IMG/VR virus record: IMGVR_UViG_3300010885_019006
Location: 1 to 64,000 of that record
Reading direction: 5' to 3' (one strand)
Origin: an uncultured virus (IMG/VR IMGVR_UViG_3300010885_019006)
Lineage: Duplodnaviria; Heunggongvirae; Uroviricota; Caudoviricetes
Length of the DNA: 64,000 nucleotides
The position numbers and the translations under genes were made by a program. A model generated the notes under the pieces. That model had not been told where the DNA came from. It did not search any database and was given only the letters and a program-made list of their open reading frames with translations. Shown piece after piece: positions 9,069-19,920 of the stretch. Each line of letters opens with the position of its first letter. Within the stretch, counting starts at the first letter, position 1.

Positions 9069-10457
9069 TTATACAAGATCACCAGAAAGTCTCCAAGTAT
9101 TAGTATCAACTTTTCTCAATACAGCAGTTGAATAGATAGTATTTGTAGTATTTAAATTATTTTTTGATTGTAAAGTGACACCTGCAGAGCCTAAAACAGT
9201 CATTCGACCAGAATTTATTTGATATAGTTCTACAAAATTGCCTATATCAAAAGCTTCATCAGTATAATTTGGAACATATATGGTAATTGCTGCTGTATTA
9301 CTACATTGTATAATTGAATTCTTCTGAGCTTTTGTTAATGTAATAGAAGTATTAGTTGATGTAAATACTCCTGTTTGTTCTAATGCAGTAACCCTTGAAG
9401 ACCAATAGACACCAGTTGCATTTGATGTCAGAACTTGACCACTAGCACCAGTAGAACCTGACGAATCCATAATAGTTGAGCCAGGTTTCACATTTATACT
9501 ACCAGAAAATGCAGTAGAATTTACTGTAGTAAATACAGACGAATTGCCTACAGTTACAGTAATAGCAGTATTGTTAGTTAAGTTAATAGTATTAGCATAC
9601 AATGTAACAAAAGTATTACTCAAGAATGTACCTGCCGTAATACGTGTAGTAGATCCACTGAGACCTCCAGTACCAATTGTAATAGTTTTGGTATTACTTG
9701 ATAAAGTTGCACCATCTGAAATAGATATAAGTTGACTTGCATTAGAACGACCAAATACCATTTGTCCAGTTCCGCCACCACTACCTATTCGAACTTGCTG
9801 AGAGGTTTGAGAACTACCAATGTCAAAAGCAGTTGTACTTGCTGCGGTACCAGCAAATGTTACAGCCAAGCTTTCTGCAACCAACGCAGCTTTAGAAGTA
9901 ATAGTAACTTTGGTTCCTGCTACAGGTTCTGCAAAGTAAGCACCTACCGCATAACCAACAGTTACTGTATTTGAAGTATTTGAAGAAAGAGTCTGTGCTT
10001 TAAAAGCATTTAAGTAAACTGTTGATACAGTATTTGAAGAAGGTGTGTCAACAATTGTAGATGCAATCTGATTTATAACAACACCACTAGTAATTCCAGT
10101 AGTAGACCATGACCCTGAATTAATGTTTAGTGTTACCGTTCCATTCATTACACCTCCTATTAGAGGTAAGAACTGTCCATAACCACCAAATTGTTTCCAT
10201 GTGCCATCACCATAAAGAATTGTAGTAGCATCAGCAATACCTGAGCCTAATTGAGCTGGCTTAACTGGACCGCCGGTAAGACTTGAAGCATTAGCGTAAA
10301 TAGCCGCATTTGCCGTGGCTGTATAAAAAGTTGAGTTTACAGTAGCAGACCCAATAGTCAAAGTATTAGCTATCTTAATTACTGTAGTATTAGCAATAAA
10401 ATAGCCATTACTTACATTAAGACCATTTTTTACTCTAAAATTAGTTGGTGTAGTCAT
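9069..10457 (-). CDS. Tail fibre protein
   Basis: NFRVKNGL start, GASGQVLTSNATGVYW repeat, and a C-terminal AVLRKVDTNTWRLSGDL domain. Confidence 0.7.
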   Translation of the reverse strand: MTTPTNFRVKNGLNVSNGYFIANTTVIKIANTLTIGSATVNSTFYTATANAAIYANASSLTGGPVKPAQLGSGIADATTILYGDGTWKQFGGYGQFLPLIGGVMNGTVTLNINSGSWSTTGITSGVVINQIASTIVDTPSSNTVSTVYLNAFKAQTLSSNTSNTVTVGYAVGAYFAEPVAGTKVTITSKAALVAESLAVTFAGTAASTTAFDIGSSQTSQQVRIGSGGGTGQMVFGRSNASQLISISDGATLSSNTKTITIGTGGLSGSTTRITAGTFLSNTFVTLYANTINLTNNTAITVTVGNSSVFTTVNSTAFSGSINVKPGSTIMDSSGSTGASGQVLTSNATGVYWSSRVTALEQTGVFTSTNTSITLTKAQKNSIIQCSNTAAITIYVPNYTDEAFDIGNFVELYQINSGRMTVLGSAGVTLQSKNNLNTTNTIYSTAVLRKVDTNTWRLSGDLV

Positions 10458-10485
10458 CTGGTTCCCTTTCCCTCAGATGTTAAAA

Positions 10486-13400
10486 TTAAGATACATCAAT
10501 ATCAATAATTGATAGATTATCAGTTACATACATATTCTTGAAACCACCACTAGAACTGAATACAATACCACCAATTACTGCGGATGCAGTAGCTATAATA
10601 GCATTACCATTTGGTGGACCACCAGTATTACCTGAATACAATATGGTCAAAGATCCGATAGTTGGTGTAGTACTTTTTAAATTTAAACCTGACCCAAAAT
10701 TCTGTTTATAAATGGAAGTTGATTGAATAACTCCATTTGAATTTGTAGAAATAGAAGCAATACCCTTAGTAAATCCAGAAGTAACTACAATAAGATCAGA
10801 ATTATTATACCCAGGTGTTGATGGAACAGATATCGATGAAATACCTCCAGCACTTACGGCAAATAGTCCCACATCTGATGTTCCAGTAGGAGTCCCTCCA
10901 GTTGTATTAGAAATTAAAATATTTGATTTTAGAATAGGATTCAAAATAGTAAATCCAGATCCGGCATTTATAATGTTTGTTGACAAGATCGAACCAGTAG
11001 AATCTGTAGAAATAGTAGCTACTGCATTTACGTATCCGGAATCTGAAATAACAGTAATAATATCATTATTGTTATATCCTATTCCACTTGAAGTTGCTAA
11101 TATTTTATAGATACCAGTAGTATCAATTGTAATACCTAGAGTAGAAGAAAGCCCGCGAGGTGCACTGCCATCAGTTGTAGTAGACATACCGGATACCATG
11201 GTATTACCCAATGCAAGACCACCAGTATTGCTAGTAATTGTAAAGTAAGATGAATCTAAAGTACTATATGCAGGAAATCCAGAACCATAATTTGTTCTAG
11301 TGATTGTTCGAATGACACCATTTGAATTGGTCAAAATTGTTGCTACAGCATTTACACCAGCAGGTCCAGGATTTACAATAACAATGTCAGAATTATTATA
11401 GCCGTTAGAATTTAGTGGTATAGAAATACCTGAATTTAATGCACCAGTATTACTTGTAATTAGAATAGTTCCAATACCAAGTTGGGTATATACGGGCCAA
11501 CCATCACCACGTGTTTTCCATGAAGATATAGAAGTACTGCCGGTATTTGGAGCATATGCTACAGCATTTGCACCACCTGGTGGTGCAACAATTGTAATAA
11601 TATCATTATTATTAAATGACCCTGAAATAGTAAGAGCTAAAGATGCCAGACCATCTATAAATAAATTTGTCTTGCCAGATGCAGTACTAATTCCATCATT
11701 AGCAGTAATGTAGGCCTGAACTTTTTTTGTATAAGCAGCCAAACCAATTACATCATATAACTTATTAGTAAACCCTGAACCCGGATTTTTTATTGAGAAT
11801 TTCTTATTATCTGAAATAAAACCATTGGAATTAGTCGACATTGTTATTATAGCATTCGAATATCCTGGTGTTGGAGATACAATAGTAATAATATCATCAT
11901 TACTAAAGCCAGATGATGATGGAGATTTAGTAAAATCTAAATTAAGACCCGCAGTAGTATTGCCTGTTGCTGGATTAGGATCTGACAATGGTCTTTTAAT
12001 TGTAATAGTACCAGCAGTTAAATCAAAATAACCATCCTCAGCACCACTCCATTGTTTATGCCATTCATTGCCGTTTACACCAGTGGCAATAACTGTGCCT
12101 ACATTTGCAGTTGAATCAACATATAAAGTTAAATCTGGTTCTCTTTGGAATGTAGATTCCTGCCAATCAATCATTTCATCAACATCAGACGAGAAGATAT
12201 AATGAGACATAACATTCTGCCAAATAGAATTTAGTGGAATATTAATACTCTTTTCAAATGATTCATTAAAACTAATATTTTTAAGTGGTACATCATCTTT
12301 AATGTACCAATCTTTAGTTGGTACATCAGATTTATAAGCATATCTCATTGTTACGCTATTTGCTGATGGTACTGGATATATTGTATTAGCAATATCATAA
12401 TAATTGGGTACGTCAATTCTATTTGGAAGTTGACTTAAAACATTTGCGGTATTGTTTCCTCCCAAAACTCCTACGGTTGAACCATAAGTACCTATCCAAA
12501 AATTATTTACTGTAATTTGATTATTTGGCATTAAACCAGCACCAAATATTTGAAATGATAGCCCTGGAATATTAGATCTATAATTTGATGAGGTAACAAA
12601 TTCATCACCATATGTTGGTAGAACACAAACATTCTTAAAGACTTGCTGATATCCAGGTATAAAACTACTTTGTACAATAGCTGCAGTATAACCGCCCTTA
12701 ATTAGACCTATACTGTCCTGTAAAGTAAAATCATAAACAGGATCTGTATTTCCAATAACAGGGCTAAAATACATAAACTGTGAATCACCATAAGTAATAG
12801 CATTCTTGACGGTAAGACCATCAATAATCATCTGGGAACCAGTATTAAATTGGAAGAAATCAGCGTGAGTTGACACCCCAGTACCTATTGGCTGACCTCT
12901 ATTTGTATAATTATATGATGCTTGAGTTCGCCCAGTAGGCCAAGCAATATGATCAATTGTAACATAGACGTGTAGATTGTTGGCGGAAGCTATACCTGGT
13001 GTACTAGCATACACTGGGAGCTGTATATTGCTGTCAATTTTTGTCCAATTAGTACCACCAAGATTCTCATATACTCCTGCATCTACGCCGCTGTCAATTA
13101 TTCCAGCCATTCCTTGCGTAACAAAACCTGAAGCTATAAGTGAGGCTAATGATGAATATCTAGTACCAGAACTACTAGGCCATGAATTTGCAATTCGAAC
13201 TAACCCTAAGTTATCCATTTTACGATATACACCACGATTAAGTACCGATGTATTACTAAATGGGTCTACGTGAGTATTAGCATCCGTGGCAAATACATAA
13301 AGGAATGTATCCGCAGGCATTGAAGATGTTGCATTTAATGCATCAGAATAACTCAAATATTTTGGTCCTGGCATTCCAGGGAATATTCTTCTATCAGTAA

Positions 13401-16059
13401 ATGTTGTTGTTGCCTTGCTTAATGCCGCTTGATAACCTTGATGATCATCGCCCCAAAAAGTATCATATGGATATAGCAATAATGTTCGGTCTCTGCACCC
13501 ATATAAAAATAGTGCATTATTTGACTGATCAATAGGGTCACCAACTTTTGGTCTATAACTATATAGAGATAATTTACGATCTGTAGGTAAGTCAGTAGCA
13601 TACAGACCTGCTGCTGAAAGATATTCTAGACCATTACCACGATCAATCATTATCTCATCACGAGAATGATATTGGTACCAATTTTCAAAACTCTGGTTTA
13701 AAGAAGCAACATTTTGAACTATTCCTGAATATGTTCCACGACCAACATAGACAAAATCGGACCAAATTTTATCACCTCTAACACCATTATAATTCATATT
13801 TACTCTAGAAGTCTTTGATCCATTATCTAGATTGGTACGACCTATTCTACTAAATAATACTTCACTTAAAGCTAGATTACCTTTACTTGCTAGATTAAAT
13901 TCACCAATCCATCTACAATTTATACTGTTAGCATATTCGCCATAATGTACTCTTTTATTTCCTCTGGTATGATGTTGAGTATGACCAGAAAGTACCGAGT
14001 AAGAAAGTGAAATATTATTGCCAGCAAGATTACCTAATCTTGGTATTGACTGACCAATTTGTTCACCAGAAGTAGATGAACGCAAGAACACATTAAGATT
14101 TTTAACAGTTAAATCACCAACAGGCCCTGTATATGGTAATCCATTATAAATTGATGCTACTTGAGCCCACCGTTTTGGCGATTTAAAGGCTCCTTTAATA
14201 GTTATATTATAGCCATAACTATTATATACTAGATATCCAGATTCCATAGGAAGTATTGGTGGGTTGTTGACAATTTGGTTGAAGTATGCATCACTTAGAT
14301 ATACTTCAACAGGATCTCCTAATGTAATCATACCATTAGAAGCTTTAACCCCAGCAGTAACAGGAGCAAAATCATAGTACTGATAATAGTTTGGCATAAT
14401 AAAGTCAACTGAAGTATCTTCAATTGATTTTGAAAGTTCAATCTTTCGCTCATAGTGTAAATACATATCAGCATCATTAGGTCTAGATCTATACTTTCGT
14501 ATTGGTCTAATAGAACCATCAGTTACTAGAGTTCTTCCCTTCCTAAGTCTATCAAACTTAATATCAATAGCTTTAGTAGTTGCAATCTTTAAATAATTAT
14601 CATTAAATGTCTTATTTACTGCACAAACAGGCGCTGCATTTGGAATAGTAGAACCATTCTTTACAATACGCAAATCTTGAATAAGTAATTTACGAGTAGA
14701 AACACTTGAATTTGAAGTTGGTTTTCCCCAAGTAAGTTTAGGTATAAGTGTTCCCACATCGAGCATTTTTTCTTCAACCCAAGCAAAATAGTATGACACA
14801 GAATCTTTTGTTTGAAGAAGTCTACAATCTGCTCGTCGAGCTTTACTAGTAAAAGACTGAAGCTGATTTGTAGAATTAAAGTTTAAAGTCAACCCATTTG
14901 TAGGCAATAAACCTGAAGTACTATTACCACTAAGTACATTTTTTGATAATGTAATATAATCGTTAGTATTTGCAAGCGTGTCAAAATCACGAACTGCAAA
15001 GATCATTTCAACTCTAACTAGATCATCATTGGAAACTGAGCAAACAATATTGTTTGCCACTACATCTTGATAATTAGTATATCCGCCAAGATTAATAAGA
15101 ACACCTTTACCTGAAGCATCAAAGATACTTGGTTGAGTATGTGCTGCCGCATATACAATATTAGCATTTGTAGCTGGAGTCTTTTTGGTAAGGTATACTG
15201 GATCTGTATTAGCAGGATTTGTTGCATAATCGAATGGTGCTGATAGATATGTGTCCGCAGGTGACATGTCTAAACCAAGAACGTTTCCGTTAGTATCATA
15301 ATAGATAAGTTCTTGATTGGCAACTGTAGTACGAATCCAGTTGCCAGAAATATCTCTATAGAATCTACCTTTATCACTATAATATACTGGAGTTTGTGGA
15401 ATAGAAGTATCAGTATAATCAATAATGAAATTTTTATTTGATATTGAAGAACTACTAGAGCTGCCACCCGAGACTGAAGATCCAGAATTAATTGCAACTA
15501 CTTGTACCAGATCACCAGTAAGTAGATTTGAAGTAAATGTAATTGTATATGAATCGGTAGTATTGTAGTCAATTCCTGCTGCTTGTTTTGATCCATTAAC
15601 ATATATACTTTCTAAACCAAGAGCATAATATAGAATTTTAGCAGTATCATCGGCACCAGTAATTACTGATGTGTCGGCAGTTATGGTATATGTGAAAGTA
15701 GTAAGAACACCTGCAGCTGCGCTACCTTTTGAGTCCTGCCAAGAAACTGTAGTTCCATTTGATGTTAGAACTTGACCATCACTACCACGCGAGTTATTGA
15801 CTAATATGCCACCATTAAAGTTTACATCGGAATTAAAAGAATGAACATTAGTCCAAGTATAAGATAGACTTGTATTAACACCAACAACTGAAACTACTTC
15901 TTGTATAGTCTGATTATCTACTACATATTGTTTAGTTGTATATAGAATACCATCAGCAGTATTAATTGCAAGTTCACCAGGTGTAATATCAGCTGTAGTA
16001 GGCTTCTTACCTGACTCTGAACTTCGCTTGAATAAAATCTTATTTGGGGTATCAGTCAT
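10486..16059 (-). CDS. Large tail fibre / receptor-binding protein, 1857 aa
   Basis: N-terminal KRSSESGKKP...GELAINTADG motif, GQVLTSNG repeat, and C-terminal GYNNxDII...NAVATI repeats. Confidence 0.7.
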   Translation of the reverse strand: MTDTPNKILFKRSSESGKKPTTADITPGELAINTADGILYTTKQYVVDNQTIQEVVSVVGVNTSLSYTWTNVHSFNSDVNFNGGILVNNSRGSDGQVLTSNGTTVSWQDSKGSAAAGVLTTFTYTITADTSVITGADDTAKILYYALGLESIYVNGSKQAAGIDYNTTDSYTITFTSNLLTGDLVQVVAINSGSSVSGGSSSSSSISNKNFIIDYTDTSIPQTPVYYSDKGRFYRDISGNWIRTTVANQELIYYDTNGNVLGLDMSPADTYLSAPFDYATNPANTDPVYLTKKTPATNANIVYAAAHTQPSIFDASGKGVLINLGGYTNYQDVVANNIVCSVSNDDLVRVEMIFAVRDFDTLANTNDYITLSKNVLSGNSTSGLLPTNGLTLNFNSTNQLQSFTSKARRADCRLLQTKDSVSYYFAWVEEKMLDVGTLIPKLTWGKPTSNSSVSTRKLLIQDLRIVKNGSTIPNAAPVCAVNKTFNDNYLKIATTKAIDIKFDRLRKGRTLVTDGSIRPIRKYRSRPNDADMYLHYERKIELSKSIEDTSVDFIMPNYYQYYDFAPVTAGVKASNGMITLGDPVEVYLSDAYFNQIVNNPPILPMESGYLVYNSYGYNITIKGAFKSPKRWAQVASIYNGLPYTGPVGDLTVKNLNVFLRSSTSGEQIGQSIPRLGNLAGNNISLSYSVLSGHTQHHTRGNKRVHYGEYANSINCRWIGEFNLASKGNLALSEVLFSRIGRTNLDNGSKTSRVNMNYNGVRGDKIWSDFVYVGRGTYSGIVQNVASLNQSFENWYQYHSRDEIMIDRGNGLEYLSAAGLYATDLPTDRKLSLYSYRPKVGDPIDQSNNALFLYGCRDRTLLLYPYDTFWGDDHQGYQAALSKATTTFTDRRIFPGMPGPKYLSYSDALNATSSMPADTFLYVFATDANTHVDPFSNTSVLNRGVYRKMDNLGLVRIANSWPSSSGTRYSSLASLIASGFVTQGMAGIIDSGVDAGVYENLGGTNWTKIDSNIQLPVYASTPGIASANNLHVYVTIDHIAWPTGRTQASYNYTNRGQPIGTGVSTHADFFQFNTGSQMIIDGLTVKNAITYGDSQFMYFSPVIGNTDPVYDFTLQDSIGLIKGGYTAAIVQSSFIPGYQQVFKNVCVLPTYGDEFVTSSNYRSNIPGLSFQIFGAGLMPNNQITVNNFWIGTYGSTVGVLGGNNTANVLSQLPNRIDVPNYYDIANTIYPVPSANSVTMRYAYKSDVPTKDWYIKDDVPLKNISFNESFEKSINIPLNSIWQNVMSHYIFSSDVDEMIDWQESTFQREPDLTLYVDSTANVGTVIATGVNGNEWHKQWSGAEDGYFDLTAGTITIKRPLSDPNPATGNTTAGLNLDFTKSPSSSGFSNDDIITIVSPTPGYSNAIITMSTNSNGFISDNKKFSIKNPGSGFTNKLYDVIGLAAYTKKVQAYITANDGISTASGKTNLFIDGLASLALTISGSFNNNDIITIVAPPGGANAVAYAPNTGSTSISSWKTRGDGWPVYTQLGIGTILITSNTGALNSGISIPLNSNGYNNSDIVIVNPGPAGVNAVATILTNSNGVIRTITRTNYGSGFPAYSTLDSSYFTITSNTGGLALGNTMVSGMSTTTDGSAPRGLSSTLGITIDTTGIYKILATSSGIGYNNNDIITVISDSGYVNAVATISTDSTGSILSTNIINAGSGFTILNPILKSNILISNTTGGTPTGTSDVGLFAVSAGGISSISVPSTPGYNNSDLIVVTSGFTKGIASISTNSNGVIQSTSIYKQNFGSGLNLKSTTPTIGSLTILYSGNTGGPPNGNAIIATASAVIGGIVFSSSGGFKNMYVTDNLSIIDIDVS

Positions 16060-16100
16060 GTCAATCCTATTAAATTTAATATAATAGTATATTTATTGTG

Positions 16101-17393
16101 TTAGTAAGTACCACAATCTATAATTGGGAATATATTTGAACTTAAAATACCAGCAGTGAGATTTGTCGCATTTGAAAAATAAGCATCTGATTTGCCATTT
16201 AAATATATTGCAGTATTGACATTTAAATTTGCTTCATTTTTACCAAAAGCATATACGGTATTATTAGCAGTACCACTAAATGATGATGGGGTAATAGTGG
16301 AAAATATAGTTCCATTACCAACAATAAGTGTATTAGCCATAAAGTTGGCTGTACGGAATGAAGAATCACCCTGATCAATGTAAACAGATCTATCTGGTTC
16401 TGATGTTAGATTATCAAATACTTTCCAAGTTCCGGTAGTGTGATCTCTAAAGATACCACCATATCGGTGTGATCCATCATAATATCCTGCGGAAAATCCT
16501 AAATCTACTGTTGTTTTTGATTTAGCTCTAACTAAACCGCCTCCAATATAAGTAGATGTATTATTGCCCGCTACAGTAAACTGAGTAGAATTAGCAGACA
16601 ATACATTAATGTAAATACCATTAAATGATGATGAATTAGCGCCAGAAACAGATACATCAGAACCAACTGAAAATGTATTATTTGCTGTAAATTTAAGAAT
16701 AGATCCATTACCACTAATGGCTGTAATCGAAACTGGTACCGTCCCATTATTCAAATAGATCATACTATCTGAAGTTGAAATATTATTTGATTGAACGGAG
16801 TTAACACCACCACTTACAGTTAAGAAGCCAGTAACTGTTAAATCATTAAACTGAACCGATGATATATTCGTAGTATCTTGATTCATTCTATATGGTAGTA
16901 ATGTCTCGGATATTACGCCAGTATTAAAATTTGATGCATTTAGAAAATAAGATGCAGGTACACCACCAAGATATGTACTATAGACGGCACTACCGACATT
17001 TAAATCTTCTTCATTCTTACCAAATGCATGAGTACTATTATTAGCTGTGTTGACATAAACTGTAGCAATATATGCTGAATTAACAAACAATCCAGATGTA
17101 TTTGCAATAAGGCCAGTTTTTGAGTTGACGTAATAATGTGTATTATTTGATGTTAGACCATAACCCGCCGCAGTGAAAATATAAGGAGGTCTTACATCAT
17201 ACTTATCGGTATTTGCATTATAGATGATGAATGAACCATCAACTCTGTTTGTAATATTAAGACCAAGTTGATCAATAGATCGAACTTCTTGAATCTGATT
17301 CTTTACTGTGATTGGACTTGTTATTTGTAATCTATCGTCTCGTTTAGATACAGTAACATTAAAGTTTGATCTTGTTAGTATAGGATCTGACAT
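16101..17393 (-). CDS. Tail fibre-associated structural protein
   Basis: Asn/Thr-rich, with internal repeat ANNxxxAFGKNExxLNV and a C-terminal IDCGTY. Confidence 0.6.
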   Translation of the reverse strand: MSDPILTRSNFNVTVSKRDDRLQITSPITVKNQIQEVRSIDQLGLNITNRVDGSFIIYNANTDKYDVRPPYIFTAAGYGLTSNNTHYYVNSKTGLIANTSGLFVNSAYIATVYVNTANNSTHAFGKNEEDLNVGSAVYSTYLGGVPASYFLNASNFNTGVISETLLPYRMNQDTTNISSVQFNDLTVTGFLTVSGGVNSVQSNNISTSDSMIYLNNGTVPVSITAISGNGSILKFTANNTFSVGSDVSVSGANSSSFNGIYINVLSANSTQFTVAGNNTSTYIGGGLVRAKSKTTVDLGFSAGYYDGSHRYGGIFRDHTTGTWKVFDNLTSEPDRSVYIDQGDSSFRTANFMANTLIVGNGTIFSTITPSSFSGTANNTVYAFGKNEANLNVNTAIYLNGKSDAYFSNATNLTAGILSSNIFPIIDCGTY

Positions 17394-17722
17394 TATCTAG
17401 TTACTCTTGGAACTATTGTTAAAATACCTTCGGCGATTCTAGACTTTACACCAGAAGTAGAAATTAATTCACAATCATATACATAACGTCCTGCATTGAC
17501 ACAACTAGTGGTATCGGAATTTAATGCAAGAGTTACTTCACCTGTAACTTCATTTACAGTAACATTGAAGTCGTATGATTTAAGTGACGAATAATGCTTA
17601 CGAAATTGTGCCTTACCAGTATATCCAGTAAGATTTATAGGGGCTGAGCTTTCATCTGTAACATTGATTGTGACTTCATAATCAGTCCCCTGATCAACTA
17701 AAATATTACTTTTAACTGCCAT
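17393..17722 (-). CDS. Fibre attachment/adaptor protein (BppU-N-like)
   Basis: DQGTDY...INLTGYTGKAQFRK...GRYVYDCEL...RIAEGILTIVPRVTR. Confidence 0.7.
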   Translation of the reverse strand: MAVKSNILVDQGTDYEVTINVTDESSAPINLTGYTGKAQFRKHYSSLKSYDFNVTVNEVTGEVTLALNSDTTSCVNAGRYVYDCELISTSGVKSRIAEGILTIVPRVTR

Positions 17723-17848
17723 TTTACTCTCTTATGTCTATTTAATCTATTTATAAAGAATAATCAATCTTATAGCGGTTAATTCCGGCAGAACTGGAGT
17801 CTTAACGAAAAGAATCATTATATACCGTATCTTAGATAGAATTTTTGA

Positions 17849-18196
17849 TTACAATCTTTGGTAAATTAATGAAGAAGTTGCAGTATAATCAATCCCGTTT
17901 ATGGTTGCAACACATTTCAGAGTGCAGGTGGCAGTATCGGGAGATGCCACGCCTGCAACTAGAGCTACACAAGTTGCTGTGCCCTGTCCTGAGTTTATTG
18001 ACCAAGTACCGGAAAGCGGGTCCACTATGCTCCATAAATATGCGGAAGGTGTTCCTCCCACTGAACTCAGTGTAGCACCTGAAAACACCGTCCCAGCAGG
18101 TGAACTCGGGCCCAGCAGTTGAAAAGCTGGAGATATACTTACTGATACTCCGCCACTAGTTGCTACACTCAGCAAGGCCATTTGGATACCACTCAT
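17849..18196 (-). CDS. Small fibre-associated protein
   Basis: Begins MSGIQMALL; translationally coupled to the upstream fibre gene. Confidence 0.55.
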   Translation of the reverse strand: MSGIQMALLSVATSGGVSVSISPAFQLLGPSSPAGTVFSGATLSSVGGTPSAYLWSIVDPLSGTWSINSGQGTATCVALVAGVASPDTATCTLKCVATINGIDYTATSSLIYQRL

Positions 18197-19737
18197 TAGC
18201 TAACACCTGCACCAGACATCACCCAAGATGTTGAGTTCACCTTAATCAGCGTAGCAAGGCCATATCCTGCAAGTGCGCGTGTACCTGATGTAGTATTAGC
18301 AGCAAGATACAAAAAATCGCTAGTGATGGTGACAGAAATAGGAGAAGTGTTGGAGTTAAAAATAGAGATTGCAGTACCAACGGGAAATGGATTGGCTGCA
18401 TTAGATGGAATTATCACACCAGCAGTGGTCGTGATAATTTTACCCGCGTCTGTATTAGCCAATGTATAAGATGTAGTTTGAGCGTTCGGAGGAAGTCCTT
18501 TGTAACCAACTGCATCGGCAAGATTGGCAGATGTAACTGATCCATTTGAACCAAGTCGTGTATGCTGTGTGAAAGTATCCGTCCCACGGACATATGTGCC
18601 AAAGGATATGTCAGCACCAGAAGCCGCATAGATACGATATTCATTAGAACCTATACCCATACCGTACTGGTTAGTAGAATCATCGTATAGACAAAAAAGT
18701 TTATTACTTTGTAATGAGCCAAAGCTTAAATTAGCATTAGGAGTAGACGTACCAATTCCGATATTACCACCACCAAGAATTGTCAAGCGCGGTATTCCGT
18801 TAGTACCTAAATTTACTGCTGTTGTTGAATCACTCATAGCCGCAGTTAGGGTTGTCCCATTGAAATAACCAAAATAACCAAGACGTGTATCTGAAGAATT
18901 AAAACAAGCGTAATACGGTGAGCTACTTATACTACCACCTTCGATCGTAGAATAATAACCATTAGAAACAGCAGAATGTTTAAATCCATAGTATGATCCA
19001 AAACAGTCAACACGATAAGTAGGAGATAATGTTCCAATACCAAGATTACCGACATTATTGAGTCTCATTCGCTCAGAGCCACCAGTATAGAATTCCATAC
19101 CATGAGGATTAAATGTAGAGTTTGCGCCTCGAACGACAAGAGAAGCACCCGTGGTATTAAAAGCAGTACCTCCGCTAAAATCACGACCACTATTAGTAAC
19201 AGTATGAGTGAAATTAACAAGTGTACCACCACCCGTATTTGCCAATTCTGCACGCAAAGTTGAGTCAACAACATTTACACCATTGGCATTTACAACAATT
19301 CCCGTTCCTGCCTTAACACTAAGTGTTCCCGTTGTAGTAATTGGACCACCAATTAGACCTGAACCATTTGCTACATTTGTGACTGTACCATTTGCTGTGG
19401 TAAGTGATCGCCAATAGACATTACCACTAGGACCTCCCGATGTTAATACACTTAATGAGACTCCAGTACTACCATTAGCCGCAAGTTTATTAGAACTAAG
19501 AGATATAATAGAACTATTTACCGAAAAGCCACCTGAAGGGACTGTTAGTGTATTTGCAGTAAACGTACCAATTAAAGTAGAATTTCGAGGTGATGCAGCT
19601 GTTCCTGTAATACCATTAGTACTATTAGCGGTAACAATTTCGGCAGATAATGAAGAAATCAGTGAATTGGTACGATTAATTGCAGTCTGCCAAGTATCAG
19701 TAAGAATATCAATTGGTGGAATATTGCTATTTGACAT
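18196..19737 (-). CDS. Tail fibre protein
   Basis: TDTWQTAINRTN start, ERMRL...GNLGIGT repeats, and a C-terminal ATLIKVNSTSWVMSGAGV domain related to that of 9069-10457. Confidence 0.7.
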   Translation of the reverse strand: MSNSNIPPIDILTDTWQTAINRTNSLISSLSAEIVTANSTNGITGTAASPRNSTLIGTFTANTLTVPSGGFSVNSSIISLSSNKLAANGSTGVSLSVLTSGGPSGNVYWRSLTTANGTVTNVANGSGLIGGPITTTGTLSVKAGTGIVVNANGVNVVDSTLRAELANTGGGTLVNFTHTVTNSGRDFSGGTAFNTTGASLVVRGANSTFNPHGMEFYTGGSERMRLNNVGNLGIGTLSPTYRVDCFGSYYGFKHSAVSNGYYSTIEGGSISSSPYYACFNSSDTRLGYFGYFNGTTLTAAMSDSTTAVNLGTNGIPRLTILGGGNIGIGTSTPNANLSFGSLQSNKLFCLYDDSTNQYGMGIGSNEYRIYAASGADISFGTYVRGTDTFTQHTRLGSNGSVTSANLADAVGYKGLPPNAQTTSYTLANTDAGKIITTTAGVIIPSNAANPFPVGTAISIFNSNTSPISVTITSDFLYLAANTTSGTRALAGYGLATLIKVNSTSWVMSGAGVS

Positions 19738-19740
19738 AAT

Positions 19741-19920
19741 TTATCCGTTTAAAACTTTTAATAAAAGATTTTTAATTTCTGTTAGTTCTTCTTTAAAATC
19801 ATCTATACTCTGTTGCATAGTTTCAATTTTCTGTTTGGTTTCACGTTCTGACTTCAATGACTTTAAATAAGAATCATCAGTATTTATAACAATACCATAC
19901 TTATTTTTTTTAAAGGTCAC
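19741..19920 (-). CDS. Small coiled-coil protein (59 aa, GTG start; not in the ORF track)
   Basis: Manual translation MTFKKNKYGIVINTDDSYLKSLKSERETKQKIETMQQSIDDFKEELTEIKNLLLKVLNG; its start overlaps the upstream TGA. Confidence 0.6.
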   Translation of the reverse strand: MTFKKNKYGIVINTDDSYLKSLKSERETKQKIETMQQSIDDFKEELTEIKNLLLKVLNG

